This document shows, in pieces, positions 48,416 to 61,674 of a stretch of 64,000 nucleotides of DNA. The stretch covers positions 6,269,527-6,333,526 of the forward strand of contig JASCQW010000112.1 of NCBI GenBank assembly GCA_030264375.1, in the 5' to 3' direction. The stretch's first letter is position 1; every line of letters begins with the position of its first letter. The translations under genes and the position numbers were made by a program. The DNA is from Carcharhinus longimanus. Lineage: Eukaryota. The notes beneath the pieces were generated by a model. It made no database searches and was not told the origin of the DNA. It saw nothing but the letters and a program-made list of their open reading frames with translations.

Positions 48416-49000
48416 TTTAAACAATCATGACAGGAAAGCACAACAGTATTCGTATTTTCCACAAAGATCAAAATGGATTCTGAGGTTCTTCAATACAGAG
48501 ATGAAAACATTACAAACGTTTCAGTATTTTTGTCACAGATAGTATAATGTTCAAATTATATACATGGGTCATATTGCACCCTTGAGGTGCTTCAACACAG
48601 TTGTATTTATTATATACAATCAAGAATAATCTTGTGGTTGGAGGAGTCAACACCAGCCCTTGGTGTACATTGACTGAAAGGACTCGCACAGTTGCCTTTT
48701 CCCCATTGCACCTTGGGTGTGTCTGCCCCAAGTTTGAGTCCCTCAGCATATAGTCCTACTTTTTGTTTCAAATGTTCCTCGCGTTTCTCTGGCTACTAGT
48801 GATTGCTGGTTGATTGAAATTTATTTGAGTCCTTTCTCTAGGCACTTTCAATTCATGCTAACATTTCATTGCAATGTCTTTTTTCTGTCTGTTTGTTCTC
48901 NNNNNNNNNNNNNNNNNNNNNNNNNNNNNNNNNNNNNNNNNNNNNNNNNNNNNNNNNNNNNNNNNNNNNNNNNNNNNNNNNNNNNNNNNNNNNNNNNNNN

Positions 49001-49160
49001 CAGTCCAAAAGACGTGCTGGTTAGGCACATTAGCCATGCTAAATTCATGTAAACTTAGTGTATCCGAACAGGCACCAGAGTGTGGCGACTAGGGTATTTT
49101 CACAGTAACTTAATTTCAGTGTTAATGTAAGCCTTGTGATACTAGTAAATAAACTAAACT
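49001..49160 (+). mobile_element. V-SINE 3' half
   Basis: cagtccaaaagacgtgctggttagg...cagtgttaatgtaagcc tail following a gap. Confidence 0.8.
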
Positions 49161-50611
49161 AATCTACCTATGTTATTTGTTTTAACTACTCCGTGTAGTA
49201 ACAAGTTCCACGTTCTAACCACACCTTGTGTAGTTTCTCCTGAATAAGTACACTAATCTTTATTAGAAGGAGATGCAGCAAGGGGAAAGATGGGAACATA
49301 ATAAGAAATAGGAAATAAGAAATAGGAGCAGGTGTAGGCCATCTAGCCCTTCGAGCCTGCCCAAAAAGAACAGCAGAGCGATTAATCTACGGTATTGACT
49401 ACAACCTGAAGTGAATATAATTTTATATCTACCTTCATGGGGAGAAGACATAAAACATTGTTCATCCTCATGTTGAATTACCAAGATGTTATTTCCTTTG
49501 CAACGTTGTCCTTTCTAAACAGCAGTGGCCAAGATGCACTGATAATTAACTTAGCATGGTGTTTAAGAAGCATGCTATTTCCGGTCAGTATAATTGCAGT
49601 CCCTGATGGTGCTGTTCGGCGTATTACTGATGNNNNNNNNNNNNNNNNNNNNNNNNNNNNNNNNNNNNNNNNNNNNNNNNNNNNNNNNNNNNNNNNNNNN
49701 NNNNNNNNNNNNNNNNNNNNNNNNNNNNNNNNNNNNNNNNNNNNNNNNNNNNNNNNNNNNNNNNNNNNNNNNNNNNNNNNNNNNNNNNNNNNNNNNNNNN
49801 NNNNNNNNNNNNNNNNNNNNNNNNNNNNNNNNNNNNNNNNNNNNNNNNNNNNNNNNNNNNNNNNNNNNNNNNNNNNNNNNNNNNNNNNNNNNNNNNNNNN
49901 NNNNNNNNNNNNNNNNNNNNNNNNNNNNNNNNNNNNNNNNNNNNNNNNNNNNNNNNNNNNNNNNNNNNNNNNNNNNNNNNNNNNNNNNNNNNNNNNNNNN
50001 NNNNNNNNNNNNNNNNNNNNNNNNNNNNNNNNNNNNNNNNNNNNNNNNNNNNNNNNNNNNNNNNNNNNNNNNNNNNNNNNNNNNNNNNNNNNNNNNNNNN
50101 NNNNNNNNNNNNNNNNNNNNNNNNNNNNNNNNNNNNNNNNNNNNNNNNNNNNNNNNNNNNNNNNNNNNNNNNNNNNNNNNNNNNNNNNNNNNNNNNNNNN
50201 NNNNNNNNNNNNNNNNNNNNNNNNNNNNNNNNNNNNNNNNNNNNNNNNNNNNNNNNNNNNNNNNNNNNNNNNNNNNNNNNNNNNNNNNNNNNNNNNNNNN
50301 NNNNNNNNNNNNNNNNNNNNNNNNNNNNNNNNNNNNNNNNNNNNNNNNNNNNNNNNNNNNNNNNNNNNNNNNNNNNNNNNNNNNNNNNNNNNNNNNNNNN
50401 NNNNNNNNNNNNNNNNNNNNNNNNNNNNNNNNNNNNNNNNNNNNNNNNNNNNNNNNNNNNNNNNNNNNNNNNNNNNNNNNNNNNNNNNNNNNNNNNNNNN
50501 NNNNNNNNNNNNNNNNNNNNNNNNNNNNNNNNNNNNNNNNNNNNNNNNNNNNNNNNNNNNNNNNNNNNNNNNNNNNNNNNNNNNNNNNNNNNNNNNNNNN
50601 NNNNNNNNNNN

Positions 50612-50770
50612 CACAGATTCACCACTCTCTGGCTGAAGAAATTCCTTCTCATCTCTGTTTTAAAGGATTGTCCCTTTAGCCTGAGGTTGTGCCATTTGGT
50701 TCTAGATTTTCTTACTAACGTTCTCTCCACATCCACGCTATCCAGTCCTCTCAGTATCCTGCAAGTTTTG
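50612..50770 (-). mobile_element. CR1 LINE fragment
   Basis: DVERTLVRKSRTKWHNLRLKGQSFKTEMRRNFFSQRVVNL. Confidence 0.8.
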
Positions 50771-52129
50771 CTAAGGCAAAGCTATCTTTTTAAAAAGCTT
50801 GATTGGTTTCCCATTTGGTCCACAGTAAATTTATACTGAAGTATTCTTGGGTTTGAATACTTATTTCACCAAGGTATTCCTCAATCTTGAGTAATTTGCA
50901 GCCGAAAGCTGGGCATGACACACATTTTCCTTGTTATTTGGGAACTTGCCGTTTGAGTTCTCCTAGAGGCAGTGTTGAGTTTATAAGCTCCATTTGACTC
51001 ACTATCAAACATCCATTTAGGATTAGAATAAACCGAATAATGTTTTGCATGAACTTAAAGTTAGAGCCAGGCCATTTATTACACAATGTTAGGCAACAAT
51101 TGTTCGTGTAAATGCTGATTAAAAATATGGAATACACTTTCAGGAAAAGCAATAGATGCTAGCTCAATTAATTTTGAATAGGAGATTGATAAGATTTTTG
51201 CTACTCTGATATAGAATCATCTGGAGCCAAGGTGAGCAGGTAAATGGACTTAAGATACAGATTAGTCGTGGTCTCATTGCATGTACCAACAGGCTCAGAC
51301 CGAATGGCTTCCCCTTGTTCCTATGTTCCAATCAATTTCCAAGATACTGGCCAGGAATTTTTGGAGTTTCCCTTCCTGCTATCCAAGGAGTTAGTGGCAA
51401 ACACATTGCTGAAACTGGCTGCCCCATAGCTATTTAATGCTCTAACAATCATTACACCCCTCACTGGGGAGGAAGCCCCAGTTAGGAAAATTTTTGGCCC
51501 GATCTGGTCCCAGCCAACCTGGACCATAGGACACCTCTGGCAAAGTGGCACAGTGGCACTCTGTTTCGCAAGAGTGCAGCACTGCTGATTGCCTTGCTAG
51601 CATGGGTTGGTCAAGCATGGGGTCTCTAGCCTGGGTGCAAGGTGGATGGGTGGGGTCCCAGCTTCACTGCATTTATCGCAGAATTGCGGACTCCAGGAAT
51701 TTTTTGACCAAAGTTAATCATCTGTGGCTACTGTACCAGAACTGTAGGAACCATTTTTTGTGGGATTACTTAGTTTCAATCCCATATAAACCACCAATTG
51801 TGCAAAATGGCAACAGCTTGCCTATTCAGCTGCATCGTGTTCTGTATGTTTTAATGATGGGGCAGAGCGGCAGCTTTACTGCAGCAGCAAAAAGGAAGCA
51901 AAGATCTGTGGATCAAGATTTGGCCTGTTCTATCACATGGAGACCCATGGCACTAATTTGTGACCCTGAGACCTCATTCTCAAATCAAGGGGCAGCCAAC
52001 GATGATAGCTCAACAGAAAGAAAACAAAAATTGATACTGGGAAACATTATAAAACACGTGCTTGAATTTTTTGCAAATTTACTGATGCACATAGAATCAA
52101 CATATGATATCCATCATTAACTATTTCAC

Positions 52130-52370
52130 AGGAGGTGGTTTATTCTCTTGTGTCCTGGGCCACCATCTATCCCTCCACACCATGACTAAAAACTGACTAA
52201 ATGGTCATTGTAAAGTTATTGTTCTGGGAACTTGCTGTGTGCAAATTGTCTGCCATATTTCCTACATTACAACTGTCACTACATTCCAGTAGTTCTTCAT
52301 TGGCCATAAAGCATTTTGTGACAAACCTGAGGACAAGAAAAACATTTTAGAAATGCAAACCTTTCTTTGA
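52130..52370 (+). mobile_element. Deu-type SINE 3' part
   Basis: tgggaacttgctgtgtgcaaattg.ctgcc..tttcctacattacaac...ttcattggccataaagcatttt. Confidence 0.6.
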
Positions 52371-53039
52371 ATGTGAAATTGGAAACTGTTGATCTACTTC
52401 TAATGCAGTCAAGGGAAGTGACATGGATTCTTTGCCTTGTAGCAAAAGGGGATCTTTGACCCATACAAAATGTTATAAACATTGACAAGTATCACCGGTA
52501 AAACATTCAGAACTGCATGATGCACACAAACTGAGATCATTGTGGAAGAACCCAGAAGGAATGAGATTTCATGAATGTAATGTGATGCATAAATTGTTTC
52601 TGAGTAAGTATCATTTGTTGTAGGTTGAAGTACTAATAGAGTCAGCTGTTTTAAGCCCAGAGTGTGACAGAGTGATTCATCACCAAGTGGACAGATGCCT
52701 CTGCTTTGACTTTCTGTCTGCTTGTAAATGGGAACATCTGGGCCCGTTCCATATGCGTTACTCTTTGCTCTCATGGGGAAATGTTATTTATCTATTTGCT
52801 TTCAACAACAAGAAATCGATCCAATGAAATGGACACTTTTACTGTTGGGAGGTGGAAATGAGCAAATGGATTTGCATTTTTCTGAGCTGTCCACATGAGT
52901 TATATAATGCCTTTGCAGTGACCTTGGCTTTATCCATTTATTTTGAGATCGCAGCTGCCTTGCATAATATATGAACAAAACACAGATTACACCAAATAAA
53001 CCATACATTGGGGTTAAATGTCATCAACTACACAATTTC

Positions 53040-54010
53040 TTGGGAAGAGGTGGTATTGTCACTGGACTAGTAATCTAGAAACCCAGAATAATGCTCTGGG
53101 GACCGGGGATTCAAGTCTCAGGGGTCGAATTTACACTCATTAAAACATCTGGAATTAAATATCTAATGTCCTGTCCCAAAGGACAGACCCAGCAGAGGTA
53201 GTGGCACAGTGTTACACAGGCGGGAGGGAATTGGGTGTCTTGAACATTGACTTTGGACCCCATGAAGTCTCTTGGGCAATGAAATCTTCTGATTATCACA
53301 TACTATTGCCCCTCTCAGCTGATGAATCACTATTCTTCTATGTTGAACACCACTTGGAGGAAGGGCTGAGGGTAGCAAGGGTGCAGAATTTACTCTGGGT
53401 GGGGTTCATTGTACATCATTGGCTCAGTAGTACTACCATAGACCGAGCTGGCCGGGCCCGAAAGGACATAACTGCTAGACTGGGATTGTGGCAGGTGGTG
53501 AGGGAACTAACAAGGGAAAAATATACTTGACCACATCCTCACTGATCTGCCTGCCACTGATGGTATCAGTAGGAATGACCACCTTACAGTCCTTGTGGAG
53601 GCAAAGTCCAGTCTTCACACTGAGGATGCACTCCATTGTGTGGCATTATCACCATGCTAAATGGGATAGACTTCGAACTGATCTGGCAACTCAAGACTGG
53701 GCATCCATGAGGCTCTGTGGATCATCATCAGCAGTAGAAATCTCATGGTCTGACATATGCCCCACTTTACCATTAATACCAACAAGATGAAAACTGGCTC
53801 AGTGAAGAGTGCAGAAGAGCATGCCAGGAGCACCACTAGGCATACTTAAAAATCAGGTGATGCTATAACACAGGGCCACTTGCATGCCAAGCAGCATAAG
53901 CAGCAAGTGATAGAGCAAAGCAATTCCACAATTGATGATCAAATCCAAGCGCTGCAATCCTTCCCCATCCAGCCATGAATGGTGATGAACAATTAATTGA
54001 CCTCATCATC
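53040..54010 (+). mobile_element. CR1-clade LINE 5' and endonuclease region remnant
   Basis: YVEHHLEEGLRVARVQNLLWVGF.VHH.WLSSTT.DRAGR..KDITARLGL.QVVRE.TR and VWHYHHAKWDRLRTDLATQDWASMR peptides (APE domain and linker). Confidence 0.75.
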
Positions 54011-56064
54011 AATGCAGGCTACTTCTTAAGATGAATCTAGTCCAGTAGTAAAGGAATTAGGTGACCTTTGGGATGATTGTGCTGCTGGCAGGTTCAAGAC
54101 CCACATTAGGTCCTGATGTCACCAAAGCCTGTAGAAAATTCCAGCCCTATGTTATTTGATTAGGAATTCAGTTGTTTGGACTAATAATAAAATGTGAATT
54201 CAAATTGCACTATTGCCAATTTGAGTTCAGATGTTTTTGGAAGTCAAAATAAACGTTAAAACTAAGCTGTTAAATTGCAATAAAAGCCCAACTGATTCAC
54301 TAATGTTTCTTTGAAAATTAAGCCTTCTATCTTAACCTGATCTGGCCCATGAGTGAATCCCCAAACCACATGAACATGGTTGACTCTACTGTCGATCTTG
54401 TGATCTGAATTGCCTTCTTTGGATTAATTCAGGTCTTGCTGTAGAGTAACAACTACACTACAGAAGCCATAAAATACAAACAGCACTGGGAAGAGTATTA
54501 CATGCAACCTAAAGAAGTGTTACAGAAATCAGTCCTAAAATGTTAAACTGGAGGAATCACTGTCTCTCTGACCCCTTCAGGTGGTCCTTAAAATCTATCT
54601 CTTTGACCCAGCTGTTTGGCTACCTGTTGTAATAGCTCCTTACATGATTCTGTGTCAACAATTTCCTTTTGGTAACACGCCTGTGAAACCCTTTGGGACA
54701 GTTTACTTTGTTAAAGTTGCTTTATTGGGACAATTTGTTGTTGATCATTAAAAAGTAACCCCAAACTTTAGAAAAGAGGAGTTGAAACTTGAGCAATGTT
54801 ACCAGAATGTAGAAACACCAATTCCTAAATCACATCAGAAAGGAACAGCTCCAGAGGTCAGAATGCACCCACAGTAAAAGAAACTAACTACAAAGAAAAC
54901 ATGCAGTGGTGAAAAGATTACATTTCTGGAAATGTTCACACACTGTGATGAGTTAAATCAAAGGACAAATTTACACCCCTGCTTGCCAATCAAATGATTA
55001 ATTGGCATCTCACAGCAGGAATGTGGTGACACAAGGTGAAATCTATCTGATGTTCATCCCCAATTTGAATATTTATATGGGCTGATGATGCTTCAAGATA
55101 GCAAGTTGAGGTTGGCTGACATCATCACACTTCCGAAGCACTTACTGTTGTGAGCATTCTTCAAGCGACCTGTCTGAAGTAATTGGCTGTGGATCAGTGC
55201 TTCCGTCTAAATACATAATACACGCTCCAAATAAATAACTCCTGCTCTGCCTTTCCCAGTTTATGTTGCCAGATTGGTTCAGTGAGTGAATGTTTGTGAC
55301 TTTACAATTCTGACTGTAGATTTGACCACTGTAATTACAAAGAATGGACAGAAACAGGCTACTTGGCTCAACTGGTCTATACTCCATGAATTTCCTGCCA
55401 GCCCATTTNNNNNNNNNNNNNNNNNNNNNNNNNNNNNNNNNNNNNNNNNNNCTTACCTGGCTTCTCCTCCAATGCAACTATGCTATTTTTCTCAACAATA
55501 CCTTTTGGTAGTTAGTTTTCACCACTGAGTAAATATGTTTCTAAATTAACCATTGATTTATTAATCTTATATTTATAGTCCCAGTTTTGGTCTCCTGCAT
55601 GAATTGGAATGAATGTCTATCCTATCAAACCCTATTGGATTGCCCCTTAGCCTCTTTTCTAGGGAAAAGGGCCCCATCCTGTTTAACCTTTCAGATGGGT
55701 AAAACATATTCTGGTATAATATTTGTTCTCAGCACTAGCTGTGACCTTTCTTCTGATATCCACAGTTATATAGGCTCTCTCCATCCTTAAGACTGGTAAC
55801 TAGGCTGTCTTCAAAGACATTGACTTGATATCTCTCACTACCTGAGCCTCTACACCCTTTAAGCTCATATTGTGTAATTCCAACAGCAGCACTGTTATTC
55901 CAGATGTAGTGTTTTATGTTGTTATCAGACGGGAGAGGCACGTGAAATGTCACAAGTCTGCCTTCTTTCTTACGCAGCTCCTTGAATAGGTGCATGGATC
56001 TGAGACAACTTCAACTAACAAAGAAGATCCCATCAAGTATCCAATGTTAATTTTCACACTTTCC

Positions 56065-56525
56065 CTGGACATTCTCCTTCTTCCATCAGGAAAAAGATAC
56101 AAAAGTTTGAGGTCATGTACCAACAGACTCAAGAACAGCTTCTTCCCTGCTGCCATCAGACTTTTGAATGTTGATCTTTCTCTACGCCCCAGCTCTGACT
56201 ATAACACTACATTCTGCACCCTCTCCTCCTCCTCCTCTATGTAGTCAATGAATGAAGAAAGAAAACACTGAAAAACCTCAGCGGGTCTGGCAGCATTTGT
56301 AAAGAGAGAAAAGAGCTGATGTTCAAGTCCAGATGACACTTTGTCAAAGCTGTTCCTGGACTCATTGGAACTTGAAACATCAGCTCTTTTCTCTCCTTAA
56401 GATGCTGCCAGACCTGCTGAGATTTTCCAGCGCTTTCTCTTTTGGTTTCAGATTCCAGCATCCGCAGTAATTTGCTTTTAGTCAATGAATGATATGTTTT
56501 GTATGTCATTCAAGAAATAATATTG
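56065..56525 (+). mobile_element. Rex1/Babar-type LINE 3' end, interrupted
   Basis: LLPSGKRYKSLRSCTNRLKNSFFPAAIRLLN. Confidence 0.75.
56256..56478. mobile_element. Short Penelope-derived fold-back element with 14-bp TSD
   Basis: Inverted arms. TAGTCAATGAATGA at 56242-55 and 56479-92. Confidence 0.8.
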
Positions 56526-57484
56526 GGGTGGTCAGTCTGCATTGGCCTCCAGTACTGCACTGGGGTGGTCAGTCAACATTGAACTCCTGTTCTTTTGTGG
56601 CTCAAAGCTTGTTATCTCTGACCCAGAATAGAAATATTATCAACTGAGAGAAGCTGGCACATGTAGCAGACCAACAACAACTTTGGGCCTGCTCACTTTG
56701 TGCTCCTGTGCATCCTTCCAATTAAAACCCAAACAAAATGCAGCAATCTCTTGACTTCAAGCACTTGACTTAAAGATGTTTTGCAAGACAATGCAATAAA
56801 AACATCACCATCGGTATATCAGTGGTCCTGAAGCCTTAATGGGAGTTTCCCATTCCCAGCCTTACTGAACTCAAGGTCAGATAACCACTACTTGAGATGA
56901 ATCATTTATAGAATGCCAATTTTCTGCCTTTATTTCTCACACTTGGTGCTGAATCAGTTATTAGATGAAGATATTCAGGAGGGCACAAGAGAAACTACAA
57001 TCCACTGCAGCTCTGTGCTCTTGCCAACATTCTCTGCCACAGCTCACACACAGCAATAGGTCCCTGGAATTTTAAATCTCGATAAGGTGATGGTATTGAA
57101 TGTGTTTCTGTTGAAATAAAATTTTAATGACTGTGCATTTTAAAATGAGAGTAGGGACTGAATAATCGATTCGAAATGAGCTGTTTTTTTTTAACATATG
57201 GACACTATATTAAGTGCTGTTAAGGAAAATAAAACCTGCCTTGCCAAAGTTTTTCAGAATTTGAAAAATGGAAAAATCAATAGATTCAAATAGCTGGGCC
57301 CCACTCGTTTTATAATCAGAATCTGATCAGCACCTGGCTGTCACAAACTGACTTGTTCATTACTGTCCTTCCTAAGAAAGGAACATGCCCCTGCAGACCT
57401 TTAAGTGTGGCCTATCAGACTCCAATTACTTGCTCTCAAATTGTTATTCTCTGAAGTGACCTCACTGGCCATGGTTGTATATTT

Positions 57485-57700
57485 TTACTCACTCATGGGA
57501 CATGGGCATTGCTGGCTGGCCAGCATTTATTGCCCATCCCTAGTTGCCCTTGAAGATGGTGGTGATCTGCCTTCTTGAATCACTGCAGTCCATGTGGTGT
57601 CTTTACACCCACGTGTTGTTAGGGAGGGAATTCCAGGATTTTGACCCAGTGATAGTGAAAGGACGGTGATATTTTTCCAAGTCAAGATGGTGAATTCAAC
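57485..57700 (-). mobile_element. Second CR1-clade family 3' end
   Basis: Same tail as 11820. Confidence 0.7.
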
Positions 57701-57859
57701 CAGAACGTAACTCCATGAAGTGGTGGCAGTGAGGCCAATTATCTTCATTTTTATTTTTTTGAAATAAGTTTAGACCAGGAGCCAATGCTGATTATAAACA
57801 TAAACTAAAAGAGATGAATCATGGAATAATAAATTAATGCTTTGCAATAAATTTTATGT

Positions 57860-58800
57860 ATTTGAATTAACAGCAACACCATTATATTCAGGAAGCAGCT
57901 GTGTGCGCCGCTGTTTTAAATGAACAAAGGTGAGAGATTGAAGTTCAGAAAGAGATTGAGACTGTGTGTAATGTAGAATTATGTGGGCAATGAGTTTCAG
58001 ATTAATTGGTGCAGAGTCCCAGCATCTGCCGTTGATGGATGAATGGCTAACTAATCGCACGCCTCTCATTTCTCAGTCTCTGCATTTCAGCAGTCTGGGG
58101 AAGACCGGCTTCTCTGAAGGTTTGAAAATTCGATGCGCACATTGCAGCTGTGTGTTTGCGGTTGTGCGCCCGTCTTGATTTCCAAAGTGCCTACCTGTGT
58201 TATTAGTGATGGTCTCATCTTGTCCCTGTGTTGTTTCTGTTATCCCTCATCACTGCGTATGGGTGTCGCACAGACAGGGAAATGACTACCTGTGGATTGC
58301 ATAGCAGCTGAAGAACACACCTGTTGGTATAATCTTCTGACCCAGTCTTCCAGTGTGATAGCAGCCTCTGGGAAATGCATGAGTCAGTCTAAGCCTCGCC
58401 AAGGCCTGGACTGGTGTATTCTGCACCCGCAAGAGTTTGACCAATGTTGCATCTTTTTTGACATTTTCCAAACCATATTCCATAATCCATTACGAATCCG
58501 ATCCAGTCTTGGTGCCCTTTAAATGTCATTGATCTTTTTTAAGGTGAATATAACCCCTTTGAGCAGTTGATTGTCAAACATCTCAGCGCAACACTGGCAT
58601 GTATAAAACCTCTCTCAGTATGATGACTTATTGTGCAGTTTTTTGTATTGAAAGACATGCATTTCAGAGCCCTTCACATATAATCGATATTTGAAATGAA
58701 GCAATTTCTGATTTTGTGGTAAAACAAAGCAATTCTGCACAGAGAAAGAACCCATAAAAATAGCTGTGCAATTAATGATGAATTTGCCTTTTTTAAGGAA
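57860..58800. promoter_or_regulatory. Candidate conserved non-coding element downstream of FOXN3
   Basis: Repeat-free and CpG-retaining. ATTAATTGG homeodomain site near 58001 and TGATGGAT (PBX-HOX type) at 58033-40. Confidence 0.35.
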
Positions 58801-59254
58801 TATTAGCCACAAAGTCGAGAAAACTTCCTGATCCTCTTGGGATCCTCCTGCAGTACCAGGAGAGACTGACAGAATCTGGATTTAAAATCAGTTCAGTGAG
58901 TGAGCCAGATAAAGAGGGCTGTAATCTTACTGTTTAGGAATGGAACCAACCAAATAAATATAATGGATTGTGGAAATCTGAAATGCACTCCCAGTGTAGA
59001 TGTTGAGTCCATTTCAAGATGATGTGGGTGTTTTTTTTAAAAGCAAGGGTATTGATTTAAGGTTTATTAGTGTCACAGGTAGGCTTACACTAACACTGCA
59101 ATGAAGTTAGAATAAAGACAGGGTAAATGGGGTAGAGGTCTACCATAACCAACAGAATGGTGGGAAAAGCTGATTGAAAGACTAAAGGCTTCCTTCTGTT
59201 CGGACATCATCTTTTAAAATATAAGACTCCTTGCTTTCCTCAGGAGGACAAGAA

Positions 59255-59480
59255 AGATCCCACAGCACTATTTGAAGAACAGGGAAGTTCTCCCAGTTTG
59301 ACAATACACCTGTTTAGCACTATGGGACATTTCATTATCGTAAAGGTAGTATTTAAATGTAAATCGTTGTGTCTTAGTTGGTATTCATCCCTCAAAATCA
59401 TTAAATCAGATGTTCTGGTCATTATTGCGTTGCTGTTTGTGGGACTGTGTGGTAATGGTCTGCCATGTTTCCATTCTATT
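59255..59480 (+). mobile_element. Deu-type SINE remnant
   Basis: aaagatcccacagcactatttgaagaacaggg.agttctccc and ctggtcattatt.c.ttgctgtttgtggga. Confidence 0.55.
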
Positions 59481-60239
59481 AGCACAGATCGGTGACCTCA
59501 TATAAACCACTGCACTAGTCAGAGAAGCGTGGAATGCTACAGTGCAAAAGAGGCCCTCCGCCTGATGGGGAGAAAATAAGTGGGTGGAATGAAAGCTTAA
59601 TTTGATTTTATATGGGTTTAAGGTCTTTCACTCTATTCAGAATTTGGATAAAGTCTGAAGAATTTCTCCACAGGGCATTGTTTTTTTACGGTCCTGTTAG
59701 AGCAGCATTTAATTGGAGGGGGCCAAGTGAGAAGAGAACATTGGATTGTTATACTGAGTTTGGATATTAATCATGTACGCAATGAAAAGAGCAAGCGCTG
59801 ATTGAAGGACTAAAGGTGAAAGTCATTATTTAGTTTACTGTAAGCTGGAATTCAAATGGCAATTTCTGGTGAGGGATGCGCGGTTCCTGGTTACCTCCTA
59901 ACGCTGCAGATTGAGGTTGTGGCGCAGTTTGATCATGAGTGATGATAAATGGAGGTGTCACGAATTAGTTGTTGCAGCGAGTCAAACTCCTGCCGGTCTC
60001 CCGCATGCTCACTACAGCTTCAGGTAAAGCTTGCAACAACATGCACTTCCCCAGTTTCACCCCCTTTGCTTCTTTCCCCAGGTGTGTTCTGCCGCTGTCT
60101 GGAACCTCACCCAACTGAACATGGTTCCTATCAGGAGGCTCCTTGACCTTGGAGGGCCTTGGTGAGGAAAAGGATCAGAGGGTTGGGAGTGAAGATTACA
60201 CTGAAGTAAGCTGAAAGAAGAACTAACAGCCCCCTTTCT

Positions 60240-60525
60240 ACAACATCAGTGTGCTCCAAAGTGCTCTGCAGCAAATGAAACAATTTTGAAGTGTAGTCAC
60301 TGACGTAACATAGGAAACCAAGCCACCATATTGCACACAGCAAGCTCCCACAAAAATCAATGCAATAAACAACTAGATAATATGGTTTTGTCATGCGGGT
60401 TAAGCAATAAATGTTGATTTGAATACGAAAGAAACATTCCACTCACTTCAAATAATGCCTAGGAATTGTTTATGTATATCCAGGTCAGGTGCCAAGGCTT
60501 TGATCTTAACATTTCATCTAAAAGG
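60240..60525 (-). mobile_element. Deu-type SINE remnant
   Basis: ttttgaagtgtagtcactg...gcacacagcaagctcccacaaa. Confidence 0.6.
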
Positions 60526-61029
60526 GTGGGGTTAGAGTGGAAATTGAGGCATTTGATAATGAACATAAGGATTTCAAAGCTGAGTAGATGATCAGGGGGA
60601 AGATCTTGGCGGTCAGATAGGTGAGAATGATTTACCTGAGGGTAGGGTGTGGATGAGTTGATGGACGGGGGTTTCAGTGGGTAGTGGGACTGATGGCGAA
60701 TGGTCTACAAGCTGTGGAGTTCAGCACCATAGAGGACGTTGTTGTTTATTATTTTGTTATGCCATTGAATTCTCGTGATCATCTGGTGCCTTTGGAAGCA
60801 CAGCAGAGCTTTGATGTGGCACTGATAGCAGACCAGGGATTCTATGCCATATAGTGGCCTGATAGAGTTTGATTTTAAGCTTTATCTTCAGCCATGTTCC
60901 TTCCACTCGGGTTCACGGAGTCAGCTATTGGCAGAATATACTTTCTGGATAGATATACAGTATCTTTACCCATCAAGGTATCCCCAACGATCATAATCAG
61001 CTCCTCCATTGTGTTGGCTCAACAGTGTC

Positions 61030-61190
61030 CTCCTGAATATTCAGCTTGAATGGGAAAGGCCATGTTTCCTGCATGAATGGTTACAGAATCCCCAAGCAGA
61101 GCTTCAATGAGAACTCTGAAAACAACGTCAAAGTGGTCAATACAAATGAGATAAGGACATCCTCAGAACCTTGCAAACCTTTACATTGCA
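61030..61190 (+). mobile_element. RTE-clade LINE remnant
   Basis: GHVSCMNGYRIPKQ resembles the RTE C-terminal W.GHV.RM...RIPKQ motif. Confidence 0.4.
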
Positions 61191-61241
61191 CACCACCTTT
61201 CTTGGGGAAAACATTGCACTGACTGGCACACCTGAGGGCAT

Positions 61242-61400
61242 GATGCGGAAATGCTGACATTGGACTGGGGTAAACACAACAAGAAGTCTCACAACATCAG
61301 GTTAAAGTCCAACAGGTTTATATGTAGCGAAAGCCACTAGCTTTCAGAACTGGCTGTTGCTTCATCAGGTGGGTGGGAGTTCTGAACTCCCACCCACCTG
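61242..61400 (-). mobile_element. Penelope-like terminal fragment ending in a perfect palindrome
   Basis: aagaagtctcacaacatcaggttaaagtccaacaggttta...cttcatcaggtgggtgggagttc, same family as 45715. Confidence 0.7.
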
Positions 61401-61674
61401 GGGGCAAGCAGTGAAATTTGGATTAGCGTGTTTCACAGACCATCTACACCAAGCACACAACATCCAATGTGTCTGGAGGAAGGCAGTCGCTCCCCCAAAC
61501 ACTAACAGGGATAATAGGAATTGCCAGTTCTGTGGATATCCATACACATTAAATTGTCCATCCCTGGGGTGATCCATAAATGTTAATGAAATAATTTACA
61601 GCCTGGACACATGCAAACTAGGATCTGCCATGATAATGGAAGTGATGGTGGCAATGTCTTTGGATGTGAAATCA

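Noticed and set aside
49437-50736. Long ORFs of 360-400 aa (also 7150-8003)
   Set aside because: Artefacts of reading through N-runs.
51345-51710. Possible MITE bounded by ccaggaatttt-like ends
   Set aside because: The motifs are direct rather than inverted and too degenerate to define termini.
60024-60081. GT...AG pair with a good polypyrimidine tract
   Set aside because: Only 58 nt long and no credible coding exons on either side.
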